57,515 bases of DNA. Origin: an uncultured Gemmatimonadota bacterium. GTDB lineage: Bacteria; SM23-81; DAOVCL01. Within the stretch, counting starts at the first letter, position 1. Every line of letters starts with the position of its first letter. This document shows, piece by piece, positions 1-10,361 of this stretch. The stretch is taken from NCBI GenBank assembly GCA_964626665.1, contig CAZVGK010000021.1, positions 1 through 57,515 on the forward strand. The letters are read 5' to 3'. The notes under the pieces are model-generated. The model saw nothing but the letters and a program-made list of their open reading frames with translations, searched no databases and was not told the origin of the DNA. A program made the position numbers and the translations under genes.

Positions 1-348
1 AAGCGCTTATCTCCAATTTCAAACGGGGATTGAAGGCTTCGCTTTGCACATGGAAAGGCTGGGAAGCGTTCAAGCGTTTCGTACTATGGAGTATCATTAC
101 TTTCAACATGCGGGTGATCGCCAGATGGATTGTTGCTAAACTTGGGAATGCGTAATTTGAGAAATAGAACCTTTGAACCACCAAGGGAGTAGTACGCCCA
201 AAACTGAAAAATATTGCGGTTTGGGCATTAATTTTTACATTTCTTGGGGATATAGACAGAAATGGTGAAAAACCGATCCCGTTTTCTGTGACCATCAGGC
301 ATACTTAAATAAAAATACCAACAAAAATGCCCATTTTCGGACAGACAC
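1..348 (+). mobile_element. Right end of IS, terminal IR TTTTCGGACAGACAC at 334-348
   Basis: Transposase tail plus a terminus identical (inverted) to the left end of the adjacent MITE. Confidence 0.6.
3..155 (+). CDS. C-terminal end of an IS5/ISNCY-like DDE transposase (runs off the window start)
   Basis: Manual translation ALISNFKRGLKASLCTWKGWEAFKRFVLWSIITFNMRVIARW...*, resembling the E-x2-IS-x2-KR...C.WKG...F...V..S....N C-terminus of these transposases; followed by a terminal IR at 334-348. Confidence 0.65.
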   Translation, partial: ALISNFKRGLKASLCTWKGWEAFKRFVLWSIITFNMRVIARWIVAKLGNA

Positions 349-354
349 TAAGTA

Positions 355-578
355 GTGTCTGTCCGAAAACTACCAAAATTGAAATATTTCCGTCATTGCG
401 AGCGACTGAAAGGAGCGAAGCAATCTCCTAAGAATGGAAAAGATTGCTTTATCGTTCGTTCCTCACTCCTCGCCCTGTTAGATAAGCCCCATAATTTTTG
501 GCTCTTGCCAAGATGTTATTGATATCTAACAGGGCGAGCAATGACATTTCCCTGAAAACTGAATTTCCGGACAGCCCC
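355..578. mobile_element. MITE sharing the TIR of the adjacent IS; contains a GTCATTGCGAG/GAAGCAATC palindromic repeat and a nested 66-bp IR element
   Basis: Left GTGTCTGTCCGAAAA versus reverse complement of right end GGGGCTGTCCGGAAA (12/15); internal CGCCCTGTTAGATA...TATCTAACAGGGCG at 471-536. Confidence 0.6.
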
Positions 579-725
579 TGTTTAGCCTCTCCTTATTCCT
601 GATCAAGTCCGTGTGAACACCATCCTATAGGTACAATGCAACAGAAGCACCTTTTTAAACTTTTTATATCCCCCTTGGCCTTATCTTCTTGGCCAAGTCT
701 ACTTTCCCGGGCATTTCTCCCTTCT

Positions 726-754
726 AAAGTAGCCTTGTTTGCCTTAAATGTCAA
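726..754 (-). promoter_or_regulatory. Putative sigma70 promoter ahead of a short decayed ORF (ATG at 714)
   Basis: TTGACA-17 bp-TACTTT, then AGGGAG and ATG CCC GGG AAA; the frame closes after 16 codons. Confidence 0.35.
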
Positions 755-1137
755 CCTAAAACTTATACAAATTAGCGAGACGAGTGGGGTCAGGTCTTGC
801 TTTTTGCTATCTTAAAAAGTGAAGGGGTTTTCTGGAGGAAGGGAAAGGGGTGGTGAGACGGGAAGGGAAAGGTATGCAGCAAGGCTCTCACTTGAGGAGA
901 TATTTATGCTAACGAGGGCATATACGAGGTCGTTTACCCGTAACGAATCCATCAAACATAATCTCCATTTTTCAGCCCGACCCCAATTGCACATTTTCCC
1001 TTCGTATTCTCTTTGGCGCGGTTTTGGAGAGCCCCTTTCCAAAAAGATATCTCAGGGGAAGATGGATTTGTGAGAATCTTATTGTTAGAAACTGCACAAA
1101 CACCTAACCAAATGGAAGTTCAAAAAGGATAACCTTA

Positions 1138-1160
1138 AAAATGGGAAGTGTCCCTATTTT
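1138..1160. repeat. Solo copy of the 23-bp RAYT-element hairpin site
   Basis: AAAATGGGAAGTGTCCCTATTTT, 22/23 identical to the sites at 24138, 25305, 26523, 27639 and 29563. Confidence 0.8.
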
Positions 1161-1170
1161 CCCCCTCAAG

Positions 1171-2904
1171 CTACTTTGGGGGATACTCTACCTTCTTGAA
1201 CCACTTCATCTTTATATCGGGGAAGAGACGGTCCCTCTCCTCACAGGCCCCCAAGAATTTCCACTCCCCGGGATCAACCCATTTCCCTTTTCCATACCTT
1301 TCGGCCATATCCGCCAAGCGGAGGAAGTTTTGATGATGCTCGGAAAGCCTGAGCTCGGCATAGTCCCTGGCGGACCAGGTGCTAATTAAGAACTGCCAAT
1401 CAGAGGACTCCAGCAACATTAACTCCCTGGCCAACTGTTTAAGGATCTTCAAAAGGTTATGATCCTGGGTCTCCTCAAACCTCTGGGCCAGCTCCTTCAT
1501 CTTCCTTTCATCCTCATAGATGTGTTTCCAGGTCCATTGAGTCCATTCGTTTAACCAGATGTAGTGATACCCTCCTTTTCCCCAGGAGCCCTCAGGAAGG
1601 GAGACCACCTTAAATGGCTTGGCCTGGTCCAGACTGGCCCCACAGGTGGCCAGCTCTATCTGCTTGTCCTCCCCCATCAGTTTTAAGACCTGATAGAGCC
1701 ACTGGGGGCCCTCAAACCACCAGTGACCAAACAGCTCCGCATCAAAGGGAGCACAGAGAACCCCTTCCCTGTCGCTCTGGCGGCGATAATTGGCCAGGAT
1801 CCCCTTGGCCATTTTATGGAAATGGTTAGCGTTTTCCACTACCCTGGCGTTGACCTTATCCGGTTCATACTCCAATTTGTCTGCCAAATCACTTTTAGCG
1901 CTGGTCACCCTCCAGTATCTGTGGCCCCCCGGAAAATGCTTTTTGTGAAAGTCCAGATACCAACCATCCCCCGGATAACCCCTCTCCCCACTCCACACCT
2001 GCAGCCCGGTTTCCGGATCCCGGGTGAAGATGGCCACGGGCTTCTTCCCTTCACTTGAGCCAACCAAATAAACCTCGTAAGGGCTCTTTTCCTCATCCTC
2101 CTTTTGGGGGCGATACTGCTTTTCAAACCTCCCCCAAAGCTTCTTTAAGGCCTCAAACCGATCAATATAGACCCCAATGGACTTACCGCCCTTGAGCAAT
2201 ACCGAGTCAATGATAAAGTACTCAATCCCATTTTCGCTGAGAAACTCCTCTATCCCCTTGCGCAGCGATTTACCCTTCCCATTTCCCACCGGTGGCGTCC
2301 ATTCATACCGGGGCCGATAGGCACATTCGGGCAACCATATCCCCCGTGGTTTCCTCCCGAAGATCCTCTCATAGCTTAAGATGCCTTGCTTTATCTGGGC
2401 TTGCACAGATGTATCCTCACCTAAGAGGGGAAGATAGCCGTGGGTAGCCGCCGAGGTAATCAGCTCCGCAACCCCCTTCTCCTGTAGATCCCGCAGAGGG
2501 GCGATCAGATCCCGCTTATACCTATCCTCAAACCTATCTTTTATTCCCGCATAATGCTCCCTCCAGAAGCGAGCCAGTTGGGCCAGGTGCGGTCTGCTCC
2601 AATCAGAGAATTGCTTATAGTCGGCCTCGGCAGATTGGATCTTATTCTCCAGGTAGGAGGAGAACTCAGTGGGAAATGAGCTATCGGAGAGCTGCTCAGC
2701 CAGAACTGGGGTAACCCCGATGGTTATGTGAGGTGAGTAGCCCTCTTCAAGCAACCGATAGAGGAGATCAATTACGGGGATATAGGTCTCCGCCATTGCC
2801 TCGTTAAGCCAGTCCATTCCATGAGGCCATCTTCCATGGTCCAATACATAGGGAAGGTGGGAATGAAGGACAAAGGTAAAGCTTCCTAACTTCTCTTTAG
2901 CCAT
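1171..2904 (-). CDS. GH57 1,4-alpha-glucan branching enzyme (DUF1957 C-terminus)
   Basis: HSHLPY, WLNEAMAETYIP, THGYLPL, nucleophile WLPECAY, acid/base PFDAELFGHWWFEG, ELMLLESSDW. Confidence 0.92.
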   Translation of the reverse strand: MAKEKLGSFTFVLHSHLPYVLDHGRWPHGMDWLNEAMAETYIPVIDLLYRLLEEGYSPHITIGVTPVLAEQLSDSSFPTEFSSYLENKIQSAEADYKQFSDWSRPHLAQLARFWREHYAGIKDRFEDRYKRDLIAPLRDLQEKGVAELITSAATHGYLPLLGEDTSVQAQIKQGILSYERIFGRKPRGIWLPECAYRPRYEWTPPVGNGKGKSLRKGIEEFLSENGIEYFIIDSVLLKGGKSIGVYIDRFEALKKLWGRFEKQYRPQKEDEEKSPYEVYLVGSSEGKKPVAIFTRDPETGLQVWSGERGYPGDGWYLDFHKKHFPGGHRYWRVTSAKSDLADKLEYEPDKVNARVVENANHFHKMAKGILANYRRQSDREGVLCAPFDAELFGHWWFEGPQWLYQVLKLMGEDKQIELATCGASLDQAKPFKVVSLPEGSWGKGGYHYIWLNEWTQWTWKHIYEDERKMKELAQRFEETQDHNLLKILKQLARELMLLESSDWQFLISTWSARDYAELRLSEHHQNFLRLADMAERYGKGKWVDPGEWKFLGACEERDRLFPDIKMKWFKKVEYPPK

Positions 2905-2976
2905 TATTAGTTTCCTTTTGGTAACAGTTCACAGAAATCAGAGGTCAGCAGTCGGCAATCAGCGGTCAGCCGATTC

Positions 2977-3549
2977 TTATGGCAACCGTTTCCCCCTAAC
3001 CTCTGCAGCCCGCAACTTCTGAGAGGTACCGAAATGAAGGTCCATCAGCTCTTTTAGCTCCTCGGAGGAAAGAGGGGCCTCCTGCCTCCATTTTCTCACC
3101 TCAAGGCGGGAAGGGGCTTCCCTCTCCACTTCCTTCAATAACATCCTCCCCTCATCGGAGAGAAAATACTCATAGATCCTCAAATCCTTTAAGGGAAGGT
3201 AGGAGAGGGCCGTCCTGATCCTGTGGGGGAGTTGGGAGACGACCAGAACCACCCCAGGAAGCTGAGAGGGGTCAAGCTCTTTAGAGAGGAGGCTTAGATT
3301 AGGGAGATTTTGCCGGGCCCAATCGTAACCATTTAAAAGCTGGCAGATGAGAACCTCTTCCGGCTGAGGGAAGAGGCCAACAAGGAGAAGCTTCCCTTCC
3401 TGCAAGGCCAAGAGGTCGCTCCCTCCTATCTCCGGGGTGCCCATATCCCTCTGTAGGATCCTCACTCCCTTTTTCTCCAATTCCGGGATCAAAAGGCTTA
3501 AGAGCTCATCCTTGGTATCCAAGCTCCTCCTCCCTGAGGGCAAGTTCAA
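2977..3549 (-). CDS. Hypothetical protein, possibly a degenerate PD-(D/E)XK/NucS-like fold (start may be the TTG at 3522)
   Basis: ILQRDMGTPEIGGSDLLAL-x4-LLLV resembles the NucS-like D-L-L-A strand but lacks ExK; overlaps the upstream gene. Confidence 0.5.
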   Translation of the reverse strand: MNLPSGRRSLDTKDELLSLLIPELEKKGVRILQRDMGTPEIGGSDLLALQEGKLLLVGLFPQPEEVLICQLLNGYDWARQNLPNLSLLSKELDPSQLPGVVLVVSQLPHRIRTALSYLPLKDLRIYEYFLSDEGRMLLKEVEREAPSRLEVRKWRQEAPLSSEELKELMDLHFGTSQKLRAAEVRGKRLP

Positions 3550-4285
3550 ACTTCTCGCAGAAATTGTTATCCACTTCCCCTTCCAGAATAAGATCAGCTA
3601 TGTTTAGGATAGCTCTCTTCAGCCGGGAGGGGACAATAGAGGAGAGGGGGGATCTCCCCTCCTTAATTGACTGGGAGATGTGCAAATCATTAAGCAGAAA
3701 ACCGTAATCCCTTAGATCAATTTTTAGATGCCTCCCAGCAACGGCTTTCATCCCCTCAAAGTTGGCCTTGGCCTCCTGGGCTGTGCAAACTTTGGCGATA
3801 ACCACGCCGATCCTTACCTCCTCCCGGAAGAGGTGAATGCTCTTTATCAATTGGTAACTACCTATCCTTCCCAAGAGATCCACTGGCAGGATAACAATTG
3901 CCTCACCTACCAACTTAAGGATGATCTGGCTTAGAGGGGAGGAGAATGGAGGTGCATCTATGAGAACGATTTCGCTTTGCCTGCCCATCTCCGCAATACC
4001 CTGCAAGAGGGATGAGGTGGGGGGTAAAAGAACTCGGAGAGGTTTGAGCTGCGCATGGAATGGATCTAAAAGGTGGGATACGGGGGGGAACTGCAGGTCG
4101 GCCTCTAAGATCCCTACCCTCCTCCCTTTTTGCGTTAGGGCTAAGGCTAGGTTAGTCACCAGAAAAGGCTTCTCTATCTCACCGAATGGGGAGAAAAGGC
4201 AAACTTCCCTTCTGGCTAATGAGCTTTTGGCCTTTGCATCTTGGGAGACAAAGAGGTGGGAGAAATCTTCTAATCCTCTGCCCAT
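3506..4285 (-). CDS. MinD/FlhG-like protein with degenerate Walker A and an N-terminal GRGL peptide
   Basis: SPFGEIEKPFLVTNLALAL in place of SGKGGVGKT..TNLA; VGILEADL, VLIDAPP, FlhG-like C-terminus. Confidence 0.75.
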   Translation of the reverse strand: MGRGLEDFSHLFVSQDAKAKSSLARREVCLFSPFGEIEKPFLVTNLALALTQKGRRVGILEADLQFPPVSHLLDPFHAQLKPLRVLLPPTSSLLQGIAEMGRQSEIVLIDAPPFSSPLSQIILKLVGEAIVILPVDLLGRIGSYQLIKSIHLFREEVRIGVVIAKVCTAQEAKANFEGMKAVAGRHLKIDLRDYGFLLNDLHISQSIKEGRSPLSSIVPSRLKRAILNIADLILEGEVDNNFCEKFELALREEELGYQG

Positions 4286-4290
4286 CTCCT

Positions 4291-5358
4291 TCAGGGAACG
4301 ATGATAACCGAATTCTCTCCACCGTAAGGATTGGAAATGATCTGAGGGTTATGAGGATCCGTCATCCATTTTCCGTTTACCACCAACCTATATTCATATC
4401 TGCCCTTGTCCAACCGGAGAAACTTACTCCATCTCCCATCTCCACCCTTGTCCAACTGAGATTTCCCCCCAAGCTTCCAGTCGTTGAAGTCCCCCACCAC
4501 CTGGACATCCTCCGCGTCCGGGATCTTATAGGAGAAGAAGACCCCATCATCCAATATCTGAGGGCCAATTGATTGATCCTCTGCTTTCTCGGCCCAAACT
4601 TCCCCCTTAATGACCTCCTCAGTCAGTTGCCGGTAATCCCTATATCCGGATGAAGTTTTGTCCAATTTGGTGATGGGCACCCTGCTCAGAGCAGCTTCCC
4701 TTAACCTTATATTGGTATGGATAACGGAGTTGAAGACCTTTCCTGCAAAGTGTTCCCTAATCCTTTTGAAAATCTCCTTGGCCAGCTTAGTGCGCCGGTC
4801 ATAGATGGTAGCTAAAGCCATTATCCTGGTATTGTGGCCAGCCCTTTCACTCAATACCCGGGTCGTCTCCAAGAGCTTTTCTACTCCATGGAGGGAGAAA
4901 ATGCTGGTCTCGATGGGCACGATCACCTCATCACAGGCCCTAAGGGCATTAAAGGTAAGGAGACCTATGCTGGGAGGGCAATCCACAATGAGGAAGTCAT
5001 AGGGGATGGTGAGAGATTGGATGACATTGTGCAACCTGAGTTCTCTGCCCGGCCTTCCGGAAAGCTCCTGTTCTAAAGCCGAGAGAATAACGCTGGAAGG
5101 GACCAGATCGAGGTTGGGAAGGATGTGCAGGGTAACCTCCTCCAGGGTGGTGGGAGAGGATAAATCGGAGAGGACATCATACATATTTCTTGCCAGTTCC
5201 TCTGGATCACCCATTAGCCCCAAGGTGGCATGGGCCTGCGGATCGAGGTCGATCAAAAGGACCCTTTTTTCCCTCTCTGCCAAACAGGCGGAAAGGTTTA
5301 TGGCAGTAGTGGTCTTACCACATCCCCCCTTCTGATTGGCAATGGCTATCTTTCTCGT
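4291..5358 (-). CDS. ParA/Soj ATPase fused to a C-terminal glycogen-binding domain (AMPK-beta/CBM48-like)
   Basis: Frame extends 25 codons upstream of the listed ORF: (ACG)[38 protein letters not shown]-terminus VVGDFNDW...[19 protein letters not shown]...PYGGENSV. Confidence 0.9.
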   Translation of the reverse strand, partial: TRKIAIANQKGGCGKTTTAINLSACLAEREKRVLLIDLDPQAHATLGLMGDPEELARNMYDVLSDLSSPTTLEEVTLHILPNLDLVPSSVILSALEQELSGRPGRELRLHNVIQSLTIPYDFLIVDCPPSIGLLTFNALRACDEVIVPIETSIFSLHGVEKLLETTRVLSERAGHNTRIMALATIYDRRTKLAKEIFKRIREHFAGKVFNSVIHTNIRLREAALSRVPITKLDKTSSGYRDYRQLTEEVIKGEVWAEKAEDQSIGPQILDDGVFFSYKIPDAEDVQVVGDFNDWKLGGKSQLDKGGDGRWSKFLRLDKGRYEYRLVVNGKWMTDPHNPQIISNPYGGENSVIIVP

Positions 5359-5367
5359 CTTTCCCTC

Positions 5368-5682
5368 TTACTCGGGTTCTTGCCCCTTCTGAAATCCAAT
5401 CTCCTTCTCGCCCCTTCCAAAGGTCTTAATGGCCCCAAATTGGTTCTCATACTTCTTTATGTTCTCCTCTAAGGCGGAGAGCAACATCTTCGCATGTTGG
5501 GGGGTCATCACAATCCGGGCATAGACTTTGGATTTGTTTGTTCCGGGGAGAACCCGCGCAAAATCTATGATGAATTCAGAGGAAGAATGGGCGATAAGAG
5601 CCAAATTGGAGTAGATTCCCTCAGACTCCTTCTCTCCCAATTCGATCTTGATCTGTTGTCCTTTATTTCCCATTTTTAACAT
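5368..5682 (-). CDS. DUF3467 family protein (start may be 5673)
   Basis: EGIYSNLALIAHSSSEFIIDFAR...ARIVMTPQHAKML...YENQFG. Confidence 0.85.
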   Translation of the reverse strand: MLKMGNKGQQIKIELGEKESEGIYSNLALIAHSSSEFIIDFARVLPGTNKSKVYARIVMTPQHAKMLLSALEENIKKYENQFGAIKTFGRGEKEIGFQKGQEPE

Positions 5683-5875
5683 AATAAACTAACCTTATAT
5701 GAAATGTCAAGGAGAATTTTTCTTATTTTTGACGATTATCGCCGGTAAAGAATTCCCCTTTGACCTATGTGGGGTAGAAACCGCAGAATCACGCAGATGG
5801 ACGCAAATTAGTTGTGCAGTCAGAGCTCTGCCCATAACCTGGTCCTCAAAACTAACCCCCGATCCCCCTAAACCG

Positions 5876-7864
5876 TTACCTCCCCTTCTTTTTATTCCCT
5901 TTCAGCCTCTTTAACTCATCCCTGAGCTGAGCTGCCTTTTCAAACTCCAGCCTCCTGGCAGCCTCGGCCATTGCCTTCTCTAAAATCTCTACCCTCTCTT
6001 CCTGATCAAAGCGGGAAAGGTAGTCTAAGGAAAATTCCTTATCCTCCGAGACCTTGGAATCGGCAACCGCGGTGGCCTTGAGCACCTCCTCCACCGATTT
6101 GTATATGGTCTCTGGAGTAATATGGTGTTTTCTGTTATACTCCTCCTGGATCTTCCTCCTCCGATTCGTCTCCTCCACTGCCTTCCTCATGGAAGCAGTA
6201 AGGGTATCGGCATACATTATCACCTCACCACCCACATTGCGGGCCGCCCGCCCAGCGGTCTGGATGAGCGATCTCTCTGAGCGCAGGAAGCCCTCCTTAT
6301 CTGCATCCAGGATGGCCACCAGAGAGACCTCTGGAAGATCCAGGCCCTCCCGCAGAAGATTTATCCCCACCAAAACATCGAACTTGGCCAATCTCAGATC
6401 CCGCAGGATGTCTACCCTTTCAATGGCCCCAATCTCTGAATGGAGATACCTCACCCTTACTCCCAGGCCATTAAGATAGTCGGCTAAATCCTCAGCCATC
6501 CTCTTGGTTAAGGTGGTCACCAACACCCTCTCCCCTCTCTTGGCCCTTTTCCGAATCTGAGCCAGGAGGTCATCGATCTGCCCGGCGATCGGTTTAATTG
6601 TAATCTTGGGGTCCATTAACCCTGTTGGCCTGATGATCTGCTCCACCACCACCCCCTTTGATCTCTCCAGCTCATATACCGCTGGAGTTGCGGAGAGAAA
6701 TATACATTTATCTATCAGGGATTCGAACTCCTCAAAATAGAGAGGACGGTTGTCTAAGGCAGAAGGGAGCCGAAACCCGTGCTCCACCAAGACCTCCTTG
6801 CGGGATTTGTCCCCCGCAAACATCCCCCCGATCTGAGGAACGGTAACATGGGATTCATCTATCACCAGTAGATACTCAGAGGGAAAGTAGTCTATCAAAC
6901 AGGATGGCCTTTCACCTGGCTTTCTGCCAGATAGATGGCGCGAATAGTTCTCAATCCCGGTGCAATATCCGATCTCCCTCATCATCTCTATATCATATCT
7001 GGTTCTGGAACCAAGCCTCTGGGCCTCCAATAGCTTCCCCTGGGAGCGAAACCACTCCAGCCTCTCCGCAAGCTCCGCCTTTATCTTCTTAATGGCCTCC
7101 TCAATCTTAGGTGGGGTGGTAACAAAATGTTTGGCCGGATAGATGGCCACCTTCCTCTTCTCCTCCCTTATCTCTCCGGTGAGTGGGTCAACCACAGATA
7201 TGGCCTCTACCCGATCCCCAAAGAGCTCAACCCTGATGGCTAAGTCCTCATAGGCGGGATAAACCTCAATAACATCTCCCCTTACCCGGAAGGTCCCGCG
7301 CAGGGGATCAAGATCATTCCTGGAGTAGTGAATATCAATGAGGTCCCGCAATATCCCATCCCGCTCGCCTTTCTGCCCCACCTCTAAGAGGACAAGAAGC
7401 TCCCGGAAGTCCTGGGGGGAACCCAGGCCGTAGATGCAGGAAACGCTGGCCACTATGATCACATCATCCCTCTCCAAAAGGGATGATGTGGCCCTCAGCC
7501 TGAGTTTATCGATCTCGTCATTGATCGAGGTGTCCTTTTCAATATAGGTGTCGGTGGAGGGAATATAGGCCTCGGGTTGGTAGTAATCGTAGTAGCTGAT
7601 AAAATACTCCACCGCATTCTGGGGGAAGAAGGCCTTAAATTCACCATAAAGCTGCGCGGCAAGGGTCTTGTTGTGGGAGATAACCAGGGTGGGGAGGCCG
7701 ACCTCGGCTATTACATTTGCTATGGTAAAGGTCTTCCCAGAACCGGTTACCCCCAAGAGGGTCTGAAACTCCTCCCCTCTCTTAATCCCCTCGGTAAGTT
7801 CCCTAATGGCCTTCGGCTGATCGCCAGTGGGCTTAAATTTGGAGATTAGCTTAAATTCGGCCAT
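5876..7864 (-). CDS. uvrB: Excinuclease ABC subunit B
   Basis: [29 protein letters not shown]-terminal UVR motif; start at MAEFKL. Confidence 0.97.
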   Translation of the reverse strand: MAEFKLISKFKPTGDQPKAIRELTEGIKRGEEFQTLLGVTGSGKTFTIANVIAEVGLPTLVISHNKTLAAQLYGEFKAFFPQNAVEYFISYYDYYQPEAYIPSTDTYIEKDTSINDEIDKLRLRATSSLLERDDVIIVASVSCIYGLGSPQDFRELLVLLEVGQKGERDGILRDLIDIHYSRNDLDPLRGTFRVRGDVIEVYPAYEDLAIRVELFGDRVEAISVVDPLTGEIREEKRKVAIYPAKHFVTTPPKIEEAIKKIKAELAERLEWFRSQGKLLEAQRLGSRTRYDIEMMREIGYCTGIENYSRHLSGRKPGERPSCLIDYFPSEYLLVIDESHVTVPQIGGMFAGDKSRKEVLVEHGFRLPSALDNRPLYFEEFESLIDKCIFLSATPAVYELERSKGVVVEQIIRPTGLMDPKITIKPIAGQIDDLLAQIRKRAKRGERVLVTTLTKRMAEDLADYLNGLGVRVRYLHSEIGAIERVDILRDLRLAKFDVLVGINLLREGLDLPEVSLVAILDADKEGFLRSERSLIQTAGRAARNVGGEVIMYADTLTASMRKAVEETNRRRKIQEEYNRKHHITPETIYKSVEEVLKATAVADSKVSEDKEFSLDYLSRFDQEERVEILEKAMAEAARRLEFEKAAQLRDELKRLKGNKKKGR

Positions 7865-10010
7865 CCTCATCAGCCTCCCTAATGCCTCTCTGCACCCCAT
7901 TTACCCCCTTTATCCTGCTGAGTTCTTTGATTAACTTCTTGAGTTGGTAGAGGTTTTTTACCTCTAAGAGGATGGACCCCTTACCCAAATTCCCGTTAGT
8001 GCTTAGGTTCACGCCTCTTATGTTCACCCCCTCATCGGCTATCACCTTGGTTATCCCATGGAGAAGTCCCTTTTTGTCCTCGGTGATGATCTCTATTTGG
8101 GTAAGGAAGGACTCCCCCTCCGCCACATCCCACCCTACCTCAATTCTCCTTTCTGCCTCCTCCTTGAGAAGATTGGCCAGGTTGGGACAGTCAATCCGGT
8201 GAATGGAAACCCCCCTCCCCCTGGTTACAAAGCCAACGATCTTGTCCCCAGGGATTGGCTGGCAACATTTGGCAAACCTGACCATAAGATTACCCTCCCC
8301 CTGTACCCTAATCCCTCCGCTTACCCTTCCCCTTCTGATTAACTTCCCCACCCGGGAAAGGGATTTGGGCAATGGTTTCCTCTCCGGAGGGAAGAGCCGT
8401 TTGACCACCTGGCTCAGAGGGATATCCCCCTGCCCAATAGCCGCTAAGAGGTGATCCACATCAGAGTACCCCATAGCCATAGCTATGTCGATTCTCTCTT
8501 CCCCTTGCTTGGCCTTGTGTTTCCTCAGCTCCCTTTCTATCATATCCCTGCCCAATTTTACAGATTCGGTGAACTCCCCCTCTTTCAACCACTTTTTGAT
8601 CTTGTTTCTTGCTCGGGAGCTTTTTACCAAATCTATCCAATCCCGGCTGGGGCTCTGATGAGGCGAGGTGACTATCTCCACGGTGTCTCCATTCTGCAGG
8701 GAGGTATCCAGGGAGACCATCTTACCGTTGACTTTGGCCCCTAAGCAGTGCAGCCCCACCTGGCTGTGCACGGAAAAGGCAAAATCAAGTGGGGTCGACC
8801 CCTTAGGAAGCCTCTTCAAATCCCCCTTGGGGGTGAAGACGAAGACATCATCGTGGAAGAGATCTATCTTGAGAAACTCCATAAATTCATGGGCATCCGG
8901 GACATCGTTCTGCCATTCCATAAATTCCCTGATCCAACCTATCTTTTTGTCCAGCTCATCTGGTTTCCCTCTACCCTCCTTGTATAGCCAATGGGCAGCG
9001 ATACCATATTCAGCCGTGCGGTGCATCTCCTCCGTCCTTATCTGTATCTCCACCATCTCCCCTTGGGGCCCAACTACGGTAGTATGAAGCGATTGATACA
9101 TATTTGATTTAGGGGTAGCTATATAGTCCTTAAACCTCTCCTGCACCGGTGTCCAAAGGGTGTGGATGAGGCCCAAGACCTGATAACATTCAGCCTCCGT
9201 CTTGGTAATTACCCTTATGGCCATCAGATCGTATATCTTCTCGATGGGCAGGTTCTGGCTCTTCATCTTTCGGTAAACGCTGGTGATGTGCTTGGCTCTT
9301 CCCGTAATTTGGGCTTCAATACCCTCCTTTTGGAGAAGGGAGACCAAGGGTTCCTTTACCCTCTCCAGGTAGTCCTCACTTTGTTGCCTCCTGGAGGCCA
9401 ACTCCTTGACCAAGGTCTCATAGCCCTGGGGATCAAGGAACTTAAGAGAGAGATCCTCCAACTCCGCCTTGATCTTAGCCATCCCCAATCTATGGGCCAG
9501 AGGGGCATAGACCTCCCTCGTCTCCAAGGCAATCCTTTGCCTCCTCGGCTCATCCAAATGCTCTAAGGTGCGCATATTGTGTAAGCGATCAGCGAACTTG
9601 ATGAGAATGACCCTCATATCCTTGGCCATAGAGAGCAACATCTTCCTAAAGTTCCCTACCTGTCTCTCCTCCCGAGATTGGAATCTCAGCCCAGCGAGCT
9701 TGGTCACCCCATCCACTAAGTCCGCAATCCTATTCCCAAACTCTTTCCTCACCTGGGAGATTTCCACCCCTGTATCCTCTACTACATCGTGGATTATTCC
9801 AGCAGCTATAGTGGTGGTATCCAAATGATGCTCTGCCAGGGTGATGGCCACTCGGAGACAGTGAATGAGATAGGGCTCACCGGACTCCCTGGTTTGCCCT
9901 TGATGTGCCCTTTGGGCAAACCCATAGGCCTTTCTGATTAGCTCCTCATCCAGCCTCGGTTGGAGGCTCCTTAGTTTAGCTATAAATTCCGCTTTTTCCA
10001 TTGGGGTCAA
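7851..10010 (-). CDS. rel: Bifunctional (p)ppGpp synthetase/hydrolase (long RSH)
   Basis: HD hydrolase [38 protein letters not shown] and ACT domains. Confidence 0.95.
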   Translation of the reverse strand: MTPMEKAEFIAKLRSLQPRLDEELIRKAYGFAQRAHQGQTRESGEPYLIHCLRVAITLAEHHLDTTTIAAGIIHDVVEDTGVEISQVRKEFGNRIADLVDGVTKLAGLRFQSREERQVGNFRKMLLSMAKDMRVILIKFADRLHNMRTLEHLDEPRRQRIALETREVYAPLAHRLGMAKIKAELEDLSLKFLDPQGYETLVKELASRRQQSEDYLERVKEPLVSLLQKEGIEAQITGRAKHITSVYRKMKSQNLPIEKIYDLMAIRVITKTEAECYQVLGLIHTLWTPVQERFKDYIATPKSNMYQSLHTTVVGPQGEMVEIQIRTEEMHRTAEYGIAAHWLYKEGRGKPDELDKKIGWIREFMEWQNDVPDAHEFMEFLKIDLFHDDVFVFTPKGDLKRLPKGSTPLDFAFSVHSQVGLHCLGAKVNGKMVSLDTSLQNGDTVEIVTSPHQSPSRDWIDLVKSSRARNKIKKWLKEGEFTESVKLGRDMIERELRKHKAKQGEERIDIAMAMGYSDVDHLLAAIGQGDIPLSQVVKRLFPPERKPLPKSLSRVGKLIRRGRVSGGIRVQGEGNLMVRFAKCCQPIPGDKIVGFVTRGRGVSIHRIDCPNLANLLKEEAERRIEVGWDVAEGESFLTQIEIITEDKKGLLHGITKVIADEGVNIRGVNLSTNGNLGKGSILLEVKNLYQLKKLIKELSRIKGVNGVQRGIREADEDGRI

Positions 10011-10152
10011 ATGGGCAAAGGTTTATCACCCCGCGGCGGTCGCAAGCAGATAATAGCAGCAGATTACATAGCGCGGCAGTGCCGCAACCAAACAATAGCC
10101 ACAGATTACACGGATTTCACAGACAGAAAAAAACTACTTAACGCCAAGTGCT

Positions 10153-10258
10153 CTTCTACCCGGCTTTAGCCCTTTTGGAGTGCTGTGACTCCTGTCACAG
10201 CCCACGTCAACGGGAGTTGACGCACTCCATATAGAGCCACACTAAAGTGCGGTAGAAG
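10153..10258. repeat. GTAG-terminated REP/REPIN-like element, copy 1
   Basis: CTTCTACCCGGCTTTAGCC...CTAAAGTGCGGTAGAAG; homologous to 17860-18004 and 20961-21071. Confidence 0.7.
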
Positions 10259-10261
10259 TAG

Positions 10262-10361
10262 GAGATTGCTTCGGCTTGCCACCTCGCTGCCGCTCGGGCA
10301 AGCCTCGCAATGACCCACAAAGGGATCCGTCATTGCGAGGAGTGAAACGACGAAGCAATCT
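10262..10361. repeat. GATTGCTTCG...CTCGCAATGAC / GTCATTGCGAG...GAAGCAATC palindromic repeat
   Basis: Same family as 391-545. Confidence 0.7.

Noticed and set aside
812-1389. Short ORFs 812-1042, 819-1073, 1141-1389, 1148-1333
   Set aside because: No recognisable motifs; they overlap repeat DNA or lie antisense to GH57
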